Origin: Alphaproteobacteria bacterium
GTDB lineage: Bacteria > Pseudomonadota > Alphaproteobacteria > JAAXGF01
Assembly: GCA_963555825.3 (NCBI GenBank)
Contig: CAUVXB020000001.1
Coordinates: 1,952,001-2,016,000, forward strand
Direction of reading: 5' to 3'
DNA length: 64,000 nucleotides
Shown: in pieces, positions 1 through 9,434 of the stretch
Layout of the letters: each line of letters begins with the position of its first letter
Position numbering within the stretch: position 1 is the stretch's first letter
Notes under the pieces: generated by a model
Told to the model about the DNA's origin: nothing
Database searches by the model: none
The model's input: the letters and a program-made list of their open reading frames with translations, nothing else
Made by a program: the position numbers and the translations under genes

Positions 1-2
1 TG

Positions 3-812
3 GTGGCGATGTGCGTCAACGACATCGTTGTCACGGGCGCCGAGCCGCTGTTCTTCCTCGACTACTTCGCCACTGCCCGGCTCGATCCCGAGGTCGCGCG
101 CGACGTTGTCGCCGGCATCGCCGAGGGTTGCCGTGCCGCCGGCTGTGCGCTGATCGGCGGCGAGACCGCCGAGATGCCGGGGCTCTACGCGCCAGGCGAC
201 TATGACCTTGCCGGCTTCGCGGTCGGCGCGGTCGAGCGCGATGCGGTGCTCACCGGCGACGGTATCGAGGTCGGCGACATCGTCATCGGGCTCGCCTCCG
301 ACGGCCTGCATTCGAACGGCTTTTCGCTGGTCCGGCGCGTGGTCGAGCTGGCGCAGGGCGACTATGGCGACACGGCGCCTTTCGCACGTGAGACGACGTT
401 CGGCGACGCCCTGCTGACGCCAACGCGCATCTATGTCCCGAGCTGTCTCGCGGCCGCGCGGGCGGGTCTCGTCAAGGCGATGGCTCATATTACCGGCGGC
501 GGCCTGGTTGAAAACCTGCCGCGCATGCTGCCCGACGGCATGGCACTCGACATCGACGCCGGCGCCTGGCCGATCAGCCCGGTCATCGCCTGGCTCGCGG
601 AGACCGGCGGGATCGCAGCCGGCGAACTTGGCCGCACATTCAATTGCGGCATCGGCATGGCCGCGATCGTCGCGCCCGATGACGTGCAGGCGGCGATCGA
701 CCTGTTCAACGGCAACGGCGAGACCGCCTATCGCATCGGCGCGGTGGTCGGCGCTGAGGCGGGCCGGCCGGCGGTCACCATTCGAAACGTGGAAACGGCA
801 TGGCCCGGCTGA
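3..812 (+). CDS. purM: Phosphoribosylformylglycinamidine cyclo-ligase (5'-truncated by window edge)
   Basis: AMCVND, EPLFFLDY, GGETAEMPG, HSNGFSL, HITGGG, TFNCGIG motifs; followed by purN. Confidence 0.97.
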   Translation: MAMCVNDIVVTGAEPLFFLDYFATARLDPEVARDVVAGIAEGCRAAGCALIGGETAEMPGLYAPGDYDLAGFAVGAVERDAVLTGDGIEVGDIVIGLASDGLHSNGFSLVRRVVELAQGDYGDTAPFARETTFGDALLTPTRIYVPSCLAAARAGLVKAMAHITGGGLVENLPRMLPDGMALDIDAGAWPISPVIAWLAETGGIAAGELGRTFNCGIGMAAIVAPDDVQAAIDLFNGNGETAYRIGAVVGAEAGRPAVTIRNVETAWPG

Positions 813-1453
813 AACTCGCCGTCCTGATTTCGGGGCGCGGCAGCAACCTGCAGTCCCTGATCGACGCCTGCGCGGCACCCGACTTTCCCGCCGAGATCGT
901 CATCGTCGTCTCCAACGAGCCCAACGCCGCCGGGCTCGATCGAGCGCGCGCGGCGGACATCCTGGCAACGGTCATCGACCATCACGATTATGCCACGCGC
1001 GAGGCGTTCGACGAGGCGCTCAGCGAAGCAGTCCGCGCGGCGGGCGCCGAACTCGTCTGCCTGGCCGGCTTCATGCGTCTGGTCACCGAGGCGTTCCTGC
1101 ACGATTGGCGTGACCGACTGATCAACATTCATCCGTCGTTGCTGCCCGCCTTCGGCGGCCTCAACACCCACGCCCGCGCGATCACCGCTGGCGTCCGGTT
1201 CACCGGCTGCACGATCCATTTCGTGCGCGCCGAGATGGACGCCGGTCCGATCATCGTGCAGGCCGTGGTTCCGGTGCTGGCCGACGACACACCCGACAGC
1301 CTCGCCGAGCGCGTACTCGTTGCCGAACATCAGGCTTATCCGCTGGCGATACGCTTGATCGGCGAGGGGCGCGTCCGGGTCGTCAACGAGGTCGCGCACA
1401 TCGACGGCATCCGTTCACCGCGCGAAGTTCTTATGAATCCGACCGGAAGCTGA
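800..1453 (+). CDS. purN: Phosphoribosylglycinamide formyltransferase
   Basis: LISGRGSNL, LAGFMR, INIHPSLLP, GCTIHFV, D.GPII. Confidence 0.97.
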   Translation: MARLKLAVLISGRGSNLQSLIDACAAPDFPAEIVIVVSNEPNAAGLDRARAADILATVIDHHDYATREAFDEALSEAVRAAGAELVCLAGFMRLVTEAFLHDWRDRLINIHPSLLPAFGGLNTHARAITAGVRFTGCTIHFVRAEMDAGPIIVQAVVPVLADDTPDSLAERVLVAEHQAYPLAIRLIGEGRVRVVNEVAHIDGIRSPREVLMNPTGS

Positions 1454-1624
1454 CCGCCAATCAATATTCGAGCGAAGGATCCGATTATTTCAGCCTGCGA
1501 CCGCAGGCCGCCGACCGTTCGGCCAGTCTTTGCGGAAATAAGATTGGCCCACGCGGCGCTTGAGCGCAGGTCATCTTTGCGCGAGTCAAAGGTGACCACA
1601 CAAAAAGGGTGACCGCACCAAGAA

Positions 1625-2047
1625 CTACCCAACGATGTCGATGTCGCTGAAGAAGAAGGCGATTTCGGCGGCGGCGGTCTCGGGCGCGTCCGAGCCGTGC
1701 GTCGAATTGGCCTCGACCGATTCGCCGAAGTCGGCGCGGATCGTACCCGCATCGGCGGCGACCGGGTTGGTCGCGCCCATGATCTCGCGGTTGCGGGCGA
1801 TCGCGTTCTCGCCCTCGAGCGCCTGCACGACCACCGGGCCCGAAATCATGTAATTGCAGAGATCGTTGTAAAACGACCGCTCGGCATGAACCGCGTAGAA
1901 ACTCTCGGCTTGGCTTCGGGTAAGCTGAATGCGCCGCTGGGCGACGATCCGCAGGCCCGCTTCCTCGAAGCGCGCGTTGATCGTGCCGGTCAGATTGCGC
2001 CGCGTCGCGTCGGGTTTGATAATCGAAAGCGTGCGTTCGGTGGCCAT
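1625..2047 (-). CDS. ndk: Nucleoside diphosphate kinase
   Basis: [31 protein letters not shown]. Confidence 0.98.
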   Translation of the reverse strand: MATERTLSIIKPDATRRNLTGTINARFEEAGLRIVAQRRIQLTRSQAESFYAVHAERSFYNDLCNYMISGPVVVQALEGENAIARNREIMGATNPVAADAGTIRADFGESVEANSTHGSDAPETAAAEIAFFFSDIDIVG

Positions 2048-2188
2048 GGCGTCGTTCCTGCCCTTGTGTATCCTGGTATCGGGAAGGCGCCTTATAGCGG
2101 CTCAATCGCGGCGCGGCAACACCCCGGTCCGGCGGCCGTGCGTGTCGGGCTTTTCGCATTGCCGGCCGCGTGCTATGACCCCGGCGCC

Positions 2189-4081
2189 ATGCTTCGAATT
2201 AACAACATAACATGCCGCATCGCCGGACGCGTCCTCTTGGAGGGCGCCAGCGCCGTCGTGCCGGTCGGCCACAGGGTCGGCCTGGTCGGCCCCAACGGCT
2301 CGGGCAAATCGACGCTCTTGCGCCTGATCACCGGTGGGATCGAGCCGGACGACGGAGACATCAAGCTGCGCCGCCGGGCGCGCATCGCGACCGTCGCGCA
2401 GGAGGCGCCGAGCAGCCCGATGAACCTGCTGGAGGCCGTCGTCGCGGCCGACCGCGAGCGCGCCGACCTGCTCGCCGAGGCCGACACCGCGACCGATGCG
2501 CACCGCATCGCCGAGCTGCACACCCGGCTGGTCGACATCGACGCCCATTCGGCCGAGGCGCGCGCCGGCGCCATCCTGGCCGGCCTCGGCTTCGACGCCG
2601 ACGCCCAGCGCCGCCCGCTCGACTCCTTCTCGGGCGGCTGGCGCATGCGTGTCGCGCTTGCCGGAACGCTGTTCACCGAGCCCGATCTCCTGCTGCTCGA
2701 CGAACCGACGAACTATCTCGACCTCGAGGGCACCATGTGGCTCGAGGGCTATCTCGTGACCTATTCGCATACCCTGCTCGTCGTCAGCCATGACCGCGAC
2801 CTGCTCAACTCGGTCGCCAAAACCATCCTGCACATCGACGGCGGTAGGCTCACATCCTACACCGGCAATTACGACGACTTCGTGCGCGTGCGCACCGAGC
2901 GGCTCGCCCAGCAAGTCGCCGAGCGTGCCAAGATCGACGCCCAGCGGCGCCACATGCAGGCCTTCGTCGACCGCTTCCGCTACAAGGCATCGAAGGCGCG
3001 CCAGGCGCAGAGCCGCCTCAAGGCGATCGCCCGGCTGGCCCCGGTCGCCGCGGCGGCGAGCGGCGCGACCACGGTCTTCCGGTTCCCCCAGCCGACGCAG
3101 CTCGCACCGCCGATCGTCAGCCTCGACGGCACGTCGGTCGGCTACGACGATGGCAAGCCGGTGCTCTCGGGCCTCGATCTGCGCATCGACATGGACGACC
3201 GCATCGCGCTGTTGGGCGCCAACGGCAACGGCAAGTCGACGCTCGCCAAGCTGCTCGCCGGCCGGCTCAAGCCAATGTCCGGCCATCTCACCGCTTCGTC
3301 CAAGCTGCGTATCGGTTATTTCGCCCAGCACCAGATCGACGAGCTCAGGCCCGGTGAGACCGCCTTCCAACACATGAAACGGCTCTTGCCCGAAGCCGGC
3401 GACGCCACGGTGCGCGCGCGTGTCGGCGGCTTCGGCCTGGTCCAGGACAAGGCCAATGTCGACGTCGCGGATCTGTCGGGCGGCGAGAAGGCCAGGCTGC
3501 TGTTCGCTTTGATGAGCCACGCCGCGCCTCACCTGATGTTGCTCGACGAACCGACCAACCATCTCGACGCCGACGCCCGCGACGCGCTGATCCAGGCGCT
3601 CAACGATCACCAGGGCGCGGTCGTGCTGATCACCCATGACCGGCACCTGATCGAGACCTGCGCCGACCGCCTGTGGCTGGTCGCCGACGGCACGGTCGCG
3701 CCTTACGACGGCGACATCGACGACTACCGCCGCCAAGTGCTCAAACAGCGCCGCCAGCCACGCCAGCGCCCGGTCGAAGACGTGGCGACCGCCAAGCCGC
3801 CGCGCCGGAACAAGCGCGAGGCGCGCCAGGCGTCCGCCAGGGCGCGCGAGGACAAGTCCGCGCTGCGCCGCGCCGTACGCGACGCCGAGGCACTGGTCGC
3901 AAAGCTGACCGCCGAGGTCGCCAAGATCGAGGCATCGCTCGCAGGCCCGGAGGTCTACCAGGGCCCGACCGCGGCGCTCGCCAAGCTCGCCAAGCGGCGC
4001 AGCGACGTCAAGCGCCGCGCCGCCGCCGCCGAGCAAGCCTGGCTCGCCGCCCAGCAGGCAATCGACACCGCGGCGGAGTGA
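2189..4081 (+). CDS. ABC-F family ATP-binding protein (YheS-like)
   Basis: Two NBDs (GPNGSGKS / SGGWRMR / LLLDEPTN; GANGNGKS / LSGGEKAR / LDEPTNH), no TM segments; start taken at ATG 2189. Confidence 0.92.
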   Translation: MLRINNITCRIAGRVLLEGASAVVPVGHRVGLVGPNGSGKSTLLRLITGGIEPDDGDIKLRRRARIATVAQEAPSSPMNLLEAVVAADRERADLLAEADTATDAHRIAELHTRLVDIDAHSAEARAGAILAGLGFDADAQRRPLDSFSGGWRMRVALAGTLFTEPDLLLLDEPTNYLDLEGTMWLEGYLVTYSHTLLVVSHDRDLLNSVAKTILHIDGGRLTSYTGNYDDFVRVRTERLAQQVAERAKIDAQRRHMQAFVDRFRYKASKARQAQSRLKAIARLAPVAAAASGATTVFRFPQPTQLAPPIVSLDGTSVGYDDGKPVLSGLDLRIDMDDRIALLGANGNGKSTLAKLLAGRLKPMSGHLTASSKLRIGYFAQHQIDELRPGETAFQHMKRLLPEAGDATVRARVGGFGLVQDKANVDVADLSGGEKARLLFALMSHAAPHLMLLDEPTNHLDADARDALIQALNDHQGAVVLITHDRHLIETCADRLWLVADGTVAPYDGDIDDYRRQVLKQRRQPRQRPVEDVATAKPPRRNKREARQASARAREDKSALRRAVRDAEALVAKLTAEVAKIEASLAGPEVYQGPTAALAKLAKRRSDVKRRAAAAEQAWLAAQQAIDTAAE

Positions 4082-4084
4082 GGG

Positions 4085-4534
4085 CTAGCCCCCCTTCTCC
4101 CAGCCCCCCTGCGGGGTCTGTTGCCAGTAGGTCAAGGTGTGGCCGGCGTCCTTGAGGCGCTTCCAGCGTGCCCGCGCGGCCTCGACCGCGGCCTCGTCGT
4201 TGCCGTCGAACAGGTCGAGGCAACGATCGAAGCCATCGAGATAGGCTGGCTCGACGCCGTCGACAAGCACCAGGAGGGTAGCGCCGTTAGGGTTCTCCTC
4301 GGTTGTCGTCAGGTAGATCGGCTGCGCCTCGGCGTTGCCGTCGCGCGACGTGCCGTGGGGCAGGAACGATGCCGGGTCGAACGTCCAGAGCGCCGCGTCG
4401 AGTACCGCGATGCGCTCTTCCGACGCCGCCAGGACGACGGCGCGCATGCCCGCCTCGTGGGCCTTGCCGAGCAGCCTCGGCAGCGCCCGGTCGAGCGCCG
4501 TCGCGGTCAGGTGGTAGAAGCCGACCTCGGTCAT
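4085..4534 (-). CDS. holC: DNA polymerase III subunit chi
   Basis: FYHL, LWTF..SFLPH, AR.RWK, YWQQ; adjacent to pepA as in other alphaproteobacteria. Confidence 0.93.
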   Translation of the reverse strand: MTEVGFYHLTATALDRALPRLLGKAHEAGMRAVVLAASEERIAVLDAALWTFDPASFLPHGTSRDGNAEAQPIYLTTTEENPNGATLLVLVDGVEPAYLDGFDRCLDLFDGNDEAAVEAARARWKRLKDAGHTLTYWQQTPQGGWEKGG

Positions 4535-4559
4535 CGCCCGCGCTTGGCAGCCGCCCGCC

Positions 4560-6050
4560 TCACGCCTCGTAGTTGTCGGCGACCAGGCGGTCGAGCAAGC
4601 GCACGCCGAAGCCGGTACCGCCCTTGGGCACGGTCGCCGTGGCGCTCTTCGACCAGGCCACGCCGGCGATGTCGAGATGCGCCCAGGGCGTCTCGTTGAC
4701 GAAGCGCTGCAGGAACTGCGCCGCGGTGATGCTGCCCGCCTCGCGGCCCTTGCCGACGTTCTTCATGTCGGCGATGTCGGAGTTGATGTCCTTGTCGTAG
4801 CGCGCGCCCAGCGGCAGGCGCCAGACCGGCTCGCCGACCGCCTTGCCGGCGGCCGTCAGCTTGGCCGAGAGATCGTCGTCGTTGGCGAACAGCCCGGCCT
4901 GGTACGAGCCGAGCGCGACGATGACGGCGCCGGTCAGCGTCGCCAGATCGACGATGAAGCGTGGCTTGAACTTGGACTGGCAATACCACAGCGCGTCGGC
5001 CAGCACGAGGCGGCCCTCGGCGTCGGTGTTGATGACCTCGATGGTCTGGCCCGACATCGAGGTGACGACGTCGCCCGGCCGCTGCGCCTTGGCGGACGGC
5101 ATGTTCTCGACCAGGCCGACGATGCCGATCGCGTCGACCTTGGCGGCGCGCCCGGCGAGCGCCTTCATCAGGCCGATGACGACGCCGGCGCCGCCCATGT
5201 CCCACTTCATATCCTCCATGCCGCCGGCCGGCTTGATCGAGATGCCGCCGGTGTCGAAGGTGACGCCCTTGCCGACGAAGGCGATCGGCGCGGCCTTCGA
5301 GCGCTTTGGCGCACCGTTCCAGCGCATCACGACGAGTCTGGAATCACGGTCGCTGCCCTGGCCGACGCCCAACAGCGCGCCCATGCCGAGCTTGGCCATG
5401 CGCGCCTCGGTCATGACCTCGACGTCGACGCCGAGACGCGACAGCGTGCGCGCCTGTTTGGCGAGCGATTCGGGGTAGATCACGTTAGCCGGCTCGGAGA
5501 CCAAGTCTCGCGTGAAGAACACGCCGTCGGCGATCCTGTCCAAGCGGCCGAACGCCTTCTGTGCCTCGCGCGGATGCGCGGCGACGACGGTGATGCGCTC
5601 GAGCGTCGGCTTGCTCTCGGCCTTCTCCTTGGTGCGATACTTATCGAAACGATAGCCACGCAACCGGGCCCCGAACGCGAGGTTGGCGGCATGCGCCGAT
5701 GACCCCACCGACTTGCCCTCGACCATGACGGCAACCTTCTTGGCGCCCGCGTGGTTGAGATGCGCAACGAGTTGGCCGCCCAGTTCCTGAGCCGCCAGGT
5801 CGTCGATCTTGTCGCGCTTGCCGTGGCCGACGAGGACGACGCGCGCGGCCTTGACGCCGCTCGGCGCGTTGACGTCGAGGAACTGCCCGCGCGCGCCGGT
5901 GAACCGGCTGGTCGCCATCGCGCGGCCCAGGGCGCCGCCGGTCGCCTTGTCGATATCGCGCGCGGCGCTGCCAAGCATCCTGCCCTCGAAGATGGCGACT
6001 GCTACGGACTCGGGAGCGACTGGCGATTTGGCGGCGAATGTGATCTTCAT
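4560..6050 (-). CDS. pepA: Leucyl aminopeptidase (M17)
   Basis: VGKGVTFDTGG, MKWDMGG, NTDAEGRLVLAD, WAHLDIAG. Confidence 0.97.
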   Translation of the reverse strand: MKITFAAKSPVAPESVAVAIFEGRMLGSAARDIDKATGGALGRAMATSRFTGARGQFLDVNAPSGVKAARVVLVGHGKRDKIDDLAAQELGGQLVAHLNHAGAKKVAVMVEGKSVGSSAHAANLAFGARLRGYRFDKYRTKEKAESKPTLERITVVAAHPREAQKAFGRLDRIADGVFFTRDLVSEPANVIYPESLAKQARTLSRLGVDVEVMTEARMAKLGMGALLGVGQGSDRDSRLVVMRWNGAPKRSKAAPIAFVGKGVTFDTGGISIKPAGGMEDMKWDMGGAGVVIGLMKALAGRAAKVDAIGIVGLVENMPSAKAQRPGDVVTSMSGQTIEVINTDAEGRLVLADALWYCQSKFKPRFIVDLATLTGAVIVALGSYQAGLFANDDDLSAKLTAAGKAVGEPVWRLPLGARYDKDINSDIADMKNVGKGREAGSITAAQFLQRFVNETPWAHLDIAGVAWSKSATATVPKGGTGFGVRLLDRLVADNYEA

Positions 6051-6234
6051 GGCGTCCTCGTCTTGTGACTTTCCGGGTGATCGCGGGCGTACGGCGCGCG
6101 TCTCGCGAGAAACTTAGCCGATGCGGCGGGGATTAACAGCGATAGTTGCTTCCATCCATGGCGGCGCGCGTTTCGCCGCTACCCCGAATCACCGCTCGGG
6201 CGGTATGATGGGCCCGATTTCGCACCGGCGACGG

Positions 6235-7095
6235 ATGACACGGATGATTGCGATTCTCGGGGCGACGGGCAAGACCGGACGCTATCTCGTCAAACGGCTG
6301 TGCGACGAGGGCCATGACGTGACTGCGATCGGCCGCTCCGCGGCGCGCCTCGAGGCGATCGACCCGCGCGCCAATACCGCCATCGCCGACATCGAGGAGC
6401 GGGCGACGCTCGGTCAGGCGCTGGCCGGTGCGAACGCGGTCGTGAGCTGCGCCCATGCCCGCTTCACCGAGGCCGTGCTCGCGGTTCTCCCGGTGTCCTG
6501 CCAGCGACTCGTATTGACCGGTTCGACACGCCGTTTCTCGACGCTGCCCGACCCCGCCGCCGACGCGGTCCGCGCCGGTGAAGCGGCATTCCTCGCCTCG
6601 GGCGTCGCGGGCGTCATGTTGCACCCATCGATGATTTACGGCGCGCCCGACGACCGCAACGTCAACCGGTTGCTGCGTCTGGTGCGCCGCTACACCGTGA
6701 TTCCCCTGCCAAACGGCGGCCGGCATCTGGTCCAGCCCGTGTTCGTCGACGATGTCGTCGCGGCGCTCGCCGCGGCAATCACGCGGCCCGAGGCGCCAGG
6801 GCCGTCGATCGTCGTGGCCGGGCCCGCGCCGATCAGTTACGCCGACATGCTGCGCGCCTGTGCGGTCGCCCTCGATCGTCGGGTCGCGATTTTTCCGGTG
6901 CCGACCGCTTTGCTCGTCGCCGGCGCACGGATAGCGGTGGCAGTGGGGTTCAAGATACCGTTCGACGCCGCCGAGATCAGGCGCGCGACCGAGGACAAGC
7001 GCTTCGACGTCGGGCCTCTCGAGAACCGGCTCGGCATCACGCCGCGACCCTTCGACGAAGGCCTGCGCCTCAAACTGGAGCGTGGTTGGACATGA
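6235..7095 (+). CDS. NAD(P)-binding epimerase/dehydratase-like protein (atypical SDR)
   Basis: N-terminal ILGATGKTG Rossmann motif, PSMIYG, QPVFVDD; start uncertain (6235 or 6244). Confidence 0.75.
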   Translation: MTRMIAILGATGKTGRYLVKRLCDEGHDVTAIGRSAARLEAIDPRANTAIADIEERATLGQALAGANAVVSCAHARFTEAVLAVLPVSCQRLVLTGSTRRFSTLPDPAADAVRAGEAAFLASGVAGVMLHPSMIYGAPDDRNVNRLLRLVRRYTVIPLPNGGRHLVQPVFVDDVVAALAAAITRPEAPGPSIVVAGPAPISYADMLRACAVALDRRVAIFPVPTALLVAGARIAVAVGFKIPFDAAEIRRATEDKRFDVGPLENRLGITPRPFDEGLRLKLERGWT

Positions 7096-7203
7096 TCTCG
7101 GCCAATAGCGTGGCGCGCCGCCCGTACGCGTACGCAACGGCTGACTGTACGCAGCCGGGGCAGCGGGCGTATAATCGCGGCTCAGCAGGGCAAATGATCA
7201 CGC

Positions 7204-8325
7204 ATGCAGGGACTCACACGGTACGTCTTGCGCCAACTCATCTGGGCGACATTGTTCGTTACGCTTGCCCTGACGGGCGTGGTGTGGCTGTCGCAATCCT
7301 TGCGCTTCGTCGATCTGATCATCAATCGTGGCCTTTCGGCCGCGACCTTCCTTCATCTCACGGTTCTGCTGCTGCCGACCTTTCTGGCGATCATCCTGCC
7401 GATCGCGCTGTTCTGCGCCATCGTCTACACCTATCATCGCCTGTCGACCGACAGCGAGATCGTCGTCATGCGTGCCACCGGGTTGAGCCAGGCGGCCCTG
7501 GCGCGACCGGCGCTGATCCTGGCCGCCGTGACGACCGTCGTGTGCTACGCCATCACGCTCTACTTCATGCCGCTGGGGTTCCGCACGTTCAAGGACCGGC
7601 AGTTCACGATCCGCAGTGATTTTTCGCACGTGCTTTTGAAGGAAGGCACCTTCAACACATTGCCGGACGGATTGACCGTCTACCTGCGGGCGCGCCAGGC
7701 CAACGGCGAGTTTGTCGGAATCTTGGTACACAACAACCGGAACCCCGATGTGCCCGTCACCATGATGGCCGAGCGAGGCGCGCTCGTATCGACTCCACGC
7801 GGACCCAGGCTTCTGTTGATCAACGGCAACCGGCAAGAAATGCAACGGGCATCCAACAAGTTGAGCCTGCTCTACTTCGACCGCTACAACATCGATCTCT
7901 CGGGCCTTGCCAACGTCGATGAGCAACGCTGGCGCGAACCGCGCGAGCGGTACCTACACGAACTCTTTGGTCCGCCCAAATCAGGCAGCGACAGGGCCTA
8001 TCGCAACGGACTCCTCGCCGAGGGACACCAAAGGCTGGTCGCGCCGGTGTTCAGTATAGCCTTCGCCCTGATCGGACTCGCCGGCCTGTTATCGGGTGAA
8101 TTCAGCCGGCGCGGCCAGATGCCGCGCATGTTCGCGGCCGCGGCCGCGGTGATCGTATTCCAAATTCTTTCACTGACGCTGGCAAACGTCATCGTCAAGA
8201 CGCCGGTGTTGACGCCGCTGCTCTACATGAACGTCGTGTTGGCGGTGTTGGCTGCCGGCTATGTCCTGCTCCGCGAACGGTCGCCACGTGCGCCCCGTGT
8301 CCGCGCCGCGCCGGATGTCGGCTAG
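7204..8325 (+). CDS. lptF: LPS export ABC permease LptF
   Basis: Six TM segments, DSEIVVMRATGLS, EGHQRL; first of the lptFG pair. Confidence 0.92.
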   Translation: MQGLTRYVLRQLIWATLFVTLALTGVVWLSQSLRFVDLIINRGLSAATFLHLTVLLLPTFLAIILPIALFCAIVYTYHRLSTDSEIVVMRATGLSQAALARPALILAAVTTVVCYAITLYFMPLGFRTFKDRQFTIRSDFSHVLLKEGTFNTLPDGLTVYLRARQANGEFVGILVHNNRNPDVPVTMMAERGALVSTPRGPRLLLINGNRQEMQRASNKLSLLYFDRYNIDLSGLANVDEQRWREPRERYLHELFGPPKSGSDRAYRNGLLAEGHQRLVAPVFSIAFALIGLAGLLSGEFSRRGQMPRMFAAAAAVIVFQILSLTLANVIVKTPVLTPLLYMNVVLAVLAAGYVLLRERSPRAPRVRAAPDVG

Positions 8326-8334
8326 AATCGAGCG

Positions 8335-9429
8335 ATGCGCCTGTCATTCACCTTGACGACATATATTGCTCGGCATTTCCTGAGCGGCATCGCGCTCGTG
8401 CTGTTGGTCCTGGTCGGGCTGGTCGCACTGATCGACGTGATCGAGTTGCTGCGGCGTTCGTCCAGCCGTGAAGCGGCGACTTTCTTCGCGGTCCTACAAA
8501 TGGCGCTCCTGCGCGCACCATACCTGGCACAGAAGATTATCCCGTTTGCCGTCTTGTTCGGCGGCATGCTGGCGCTCACCCGGCTGACCCGAACCCACGA
8601 GCTCGTCGTGGCACGCGCGGCGGGTGTATCGGTCTGGCAGTTCCTGCTGCCCGGACTCGCGCTGGCTCTCGTGATGGGTGGGTTCGTTGTCACCGTCTTC
8701 AACCCCTTGGCGTCGGCCACGACGTGGCGCTACGAACAACTCGAGGCGAAGTTCCTGCGCGGCCGACCAAGCCTGTTGGCCGTTTCTTCGTCCGGCCTAT
8801 GGCTGCGCGAAGGCACCAAGGAAAGCCAGTCGGTCGTCCATGCACTGCGCGTCTCGCAAGAGGATATGGAACTCCACGACGTCATCATCTTCGTTTACGA
8901 GGGCACTGACCGGTTCGTGCGTCGCATCGACGCGCCGACGGCCAAATTGCAGGACGGGTACTGGCAGCTGCGCGACGCCTGGATCAGCAGGCCCGATGAG
9001 GCGGGTTTCTATGTCGCCGACTATCGCATCGACACGAAGCTGACGCTCGACCGCATCCAGGAGAGTTTCGCGAGCCCCGAGACCATGTCGTTCTGGGACC
9101 TGCCCGAGTTTATCGAAACGTTGGAGGCGGCGGGCTTCTCGGCCCGCAACCACCGCCTGCATTGGCACTCGATCCTCGCCGGACCGCTGTTGCTCTGTGC
9201 GATGGTGCTCATCGCGGCGACATATTCGCTTCGGCTCACGCGCCGCGGCGGCACCGGATTGTTGATCCTGGCCGGCCTGTTCACCGGATTTCTGTTGTTC
9301 TTCCTGAGTAAAGTCGTGCAAGCGTTGGGGCTGTCTGCAGGCATCCCCATCGTGCTCGCCGCATGGGCGCCGGCCGGGGTCTTTACGCTCCTAGGCGTCG
9401 CTATGCTCTTGCACCTGGAAGACGGGTAA
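8335..9429 (+). CDS. lptG: LPS export ABC permease LptG
   Basis: ELVVARAAGVSVWQ, C-terminal LLHLEDG. Confidence 0.93.
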   Translation: MRLSFTLTTYIARHFLSGIALVLLVLVGLVALIDVIELLRRSSSREAATFFAVLQMALLRAPYLAQKIIPFAVLFGGMLALTRLTRTHELVVARAAGVSVWQFLLPGLALALVMGGFVVTVFNPLASATTWRYEQLEAKFLRGRPSLLAVSSSGLWLREGTKESQSVVHALRVSQEDMELHDVIIFVYEGTDRFVRRIDAPTAKLQDGYWQLRDAWISRPDEAGFYVADYRIDTKLTLDRIQESFASPETMSFWDLPEFIETLEAAGFSARNHRLHWHSILAGPLLLCAMVLIAATYSLRLTRRGGTGLLILAGLFTGFLLFFLSKVVQALGLSAGIPIVLAAWAPAGVFTLLGVAMLLHLEDG

Positions 9430-9434
9430 AAACG

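Noticed and set aside
2102-4036. 644-aa antisense ORF, and similar long shadow ORFs opposite dnaB, purF, der and others
   Set aside because: They mirror well-supported genes; long antisense frames are expected at this GC content and show no motifs.
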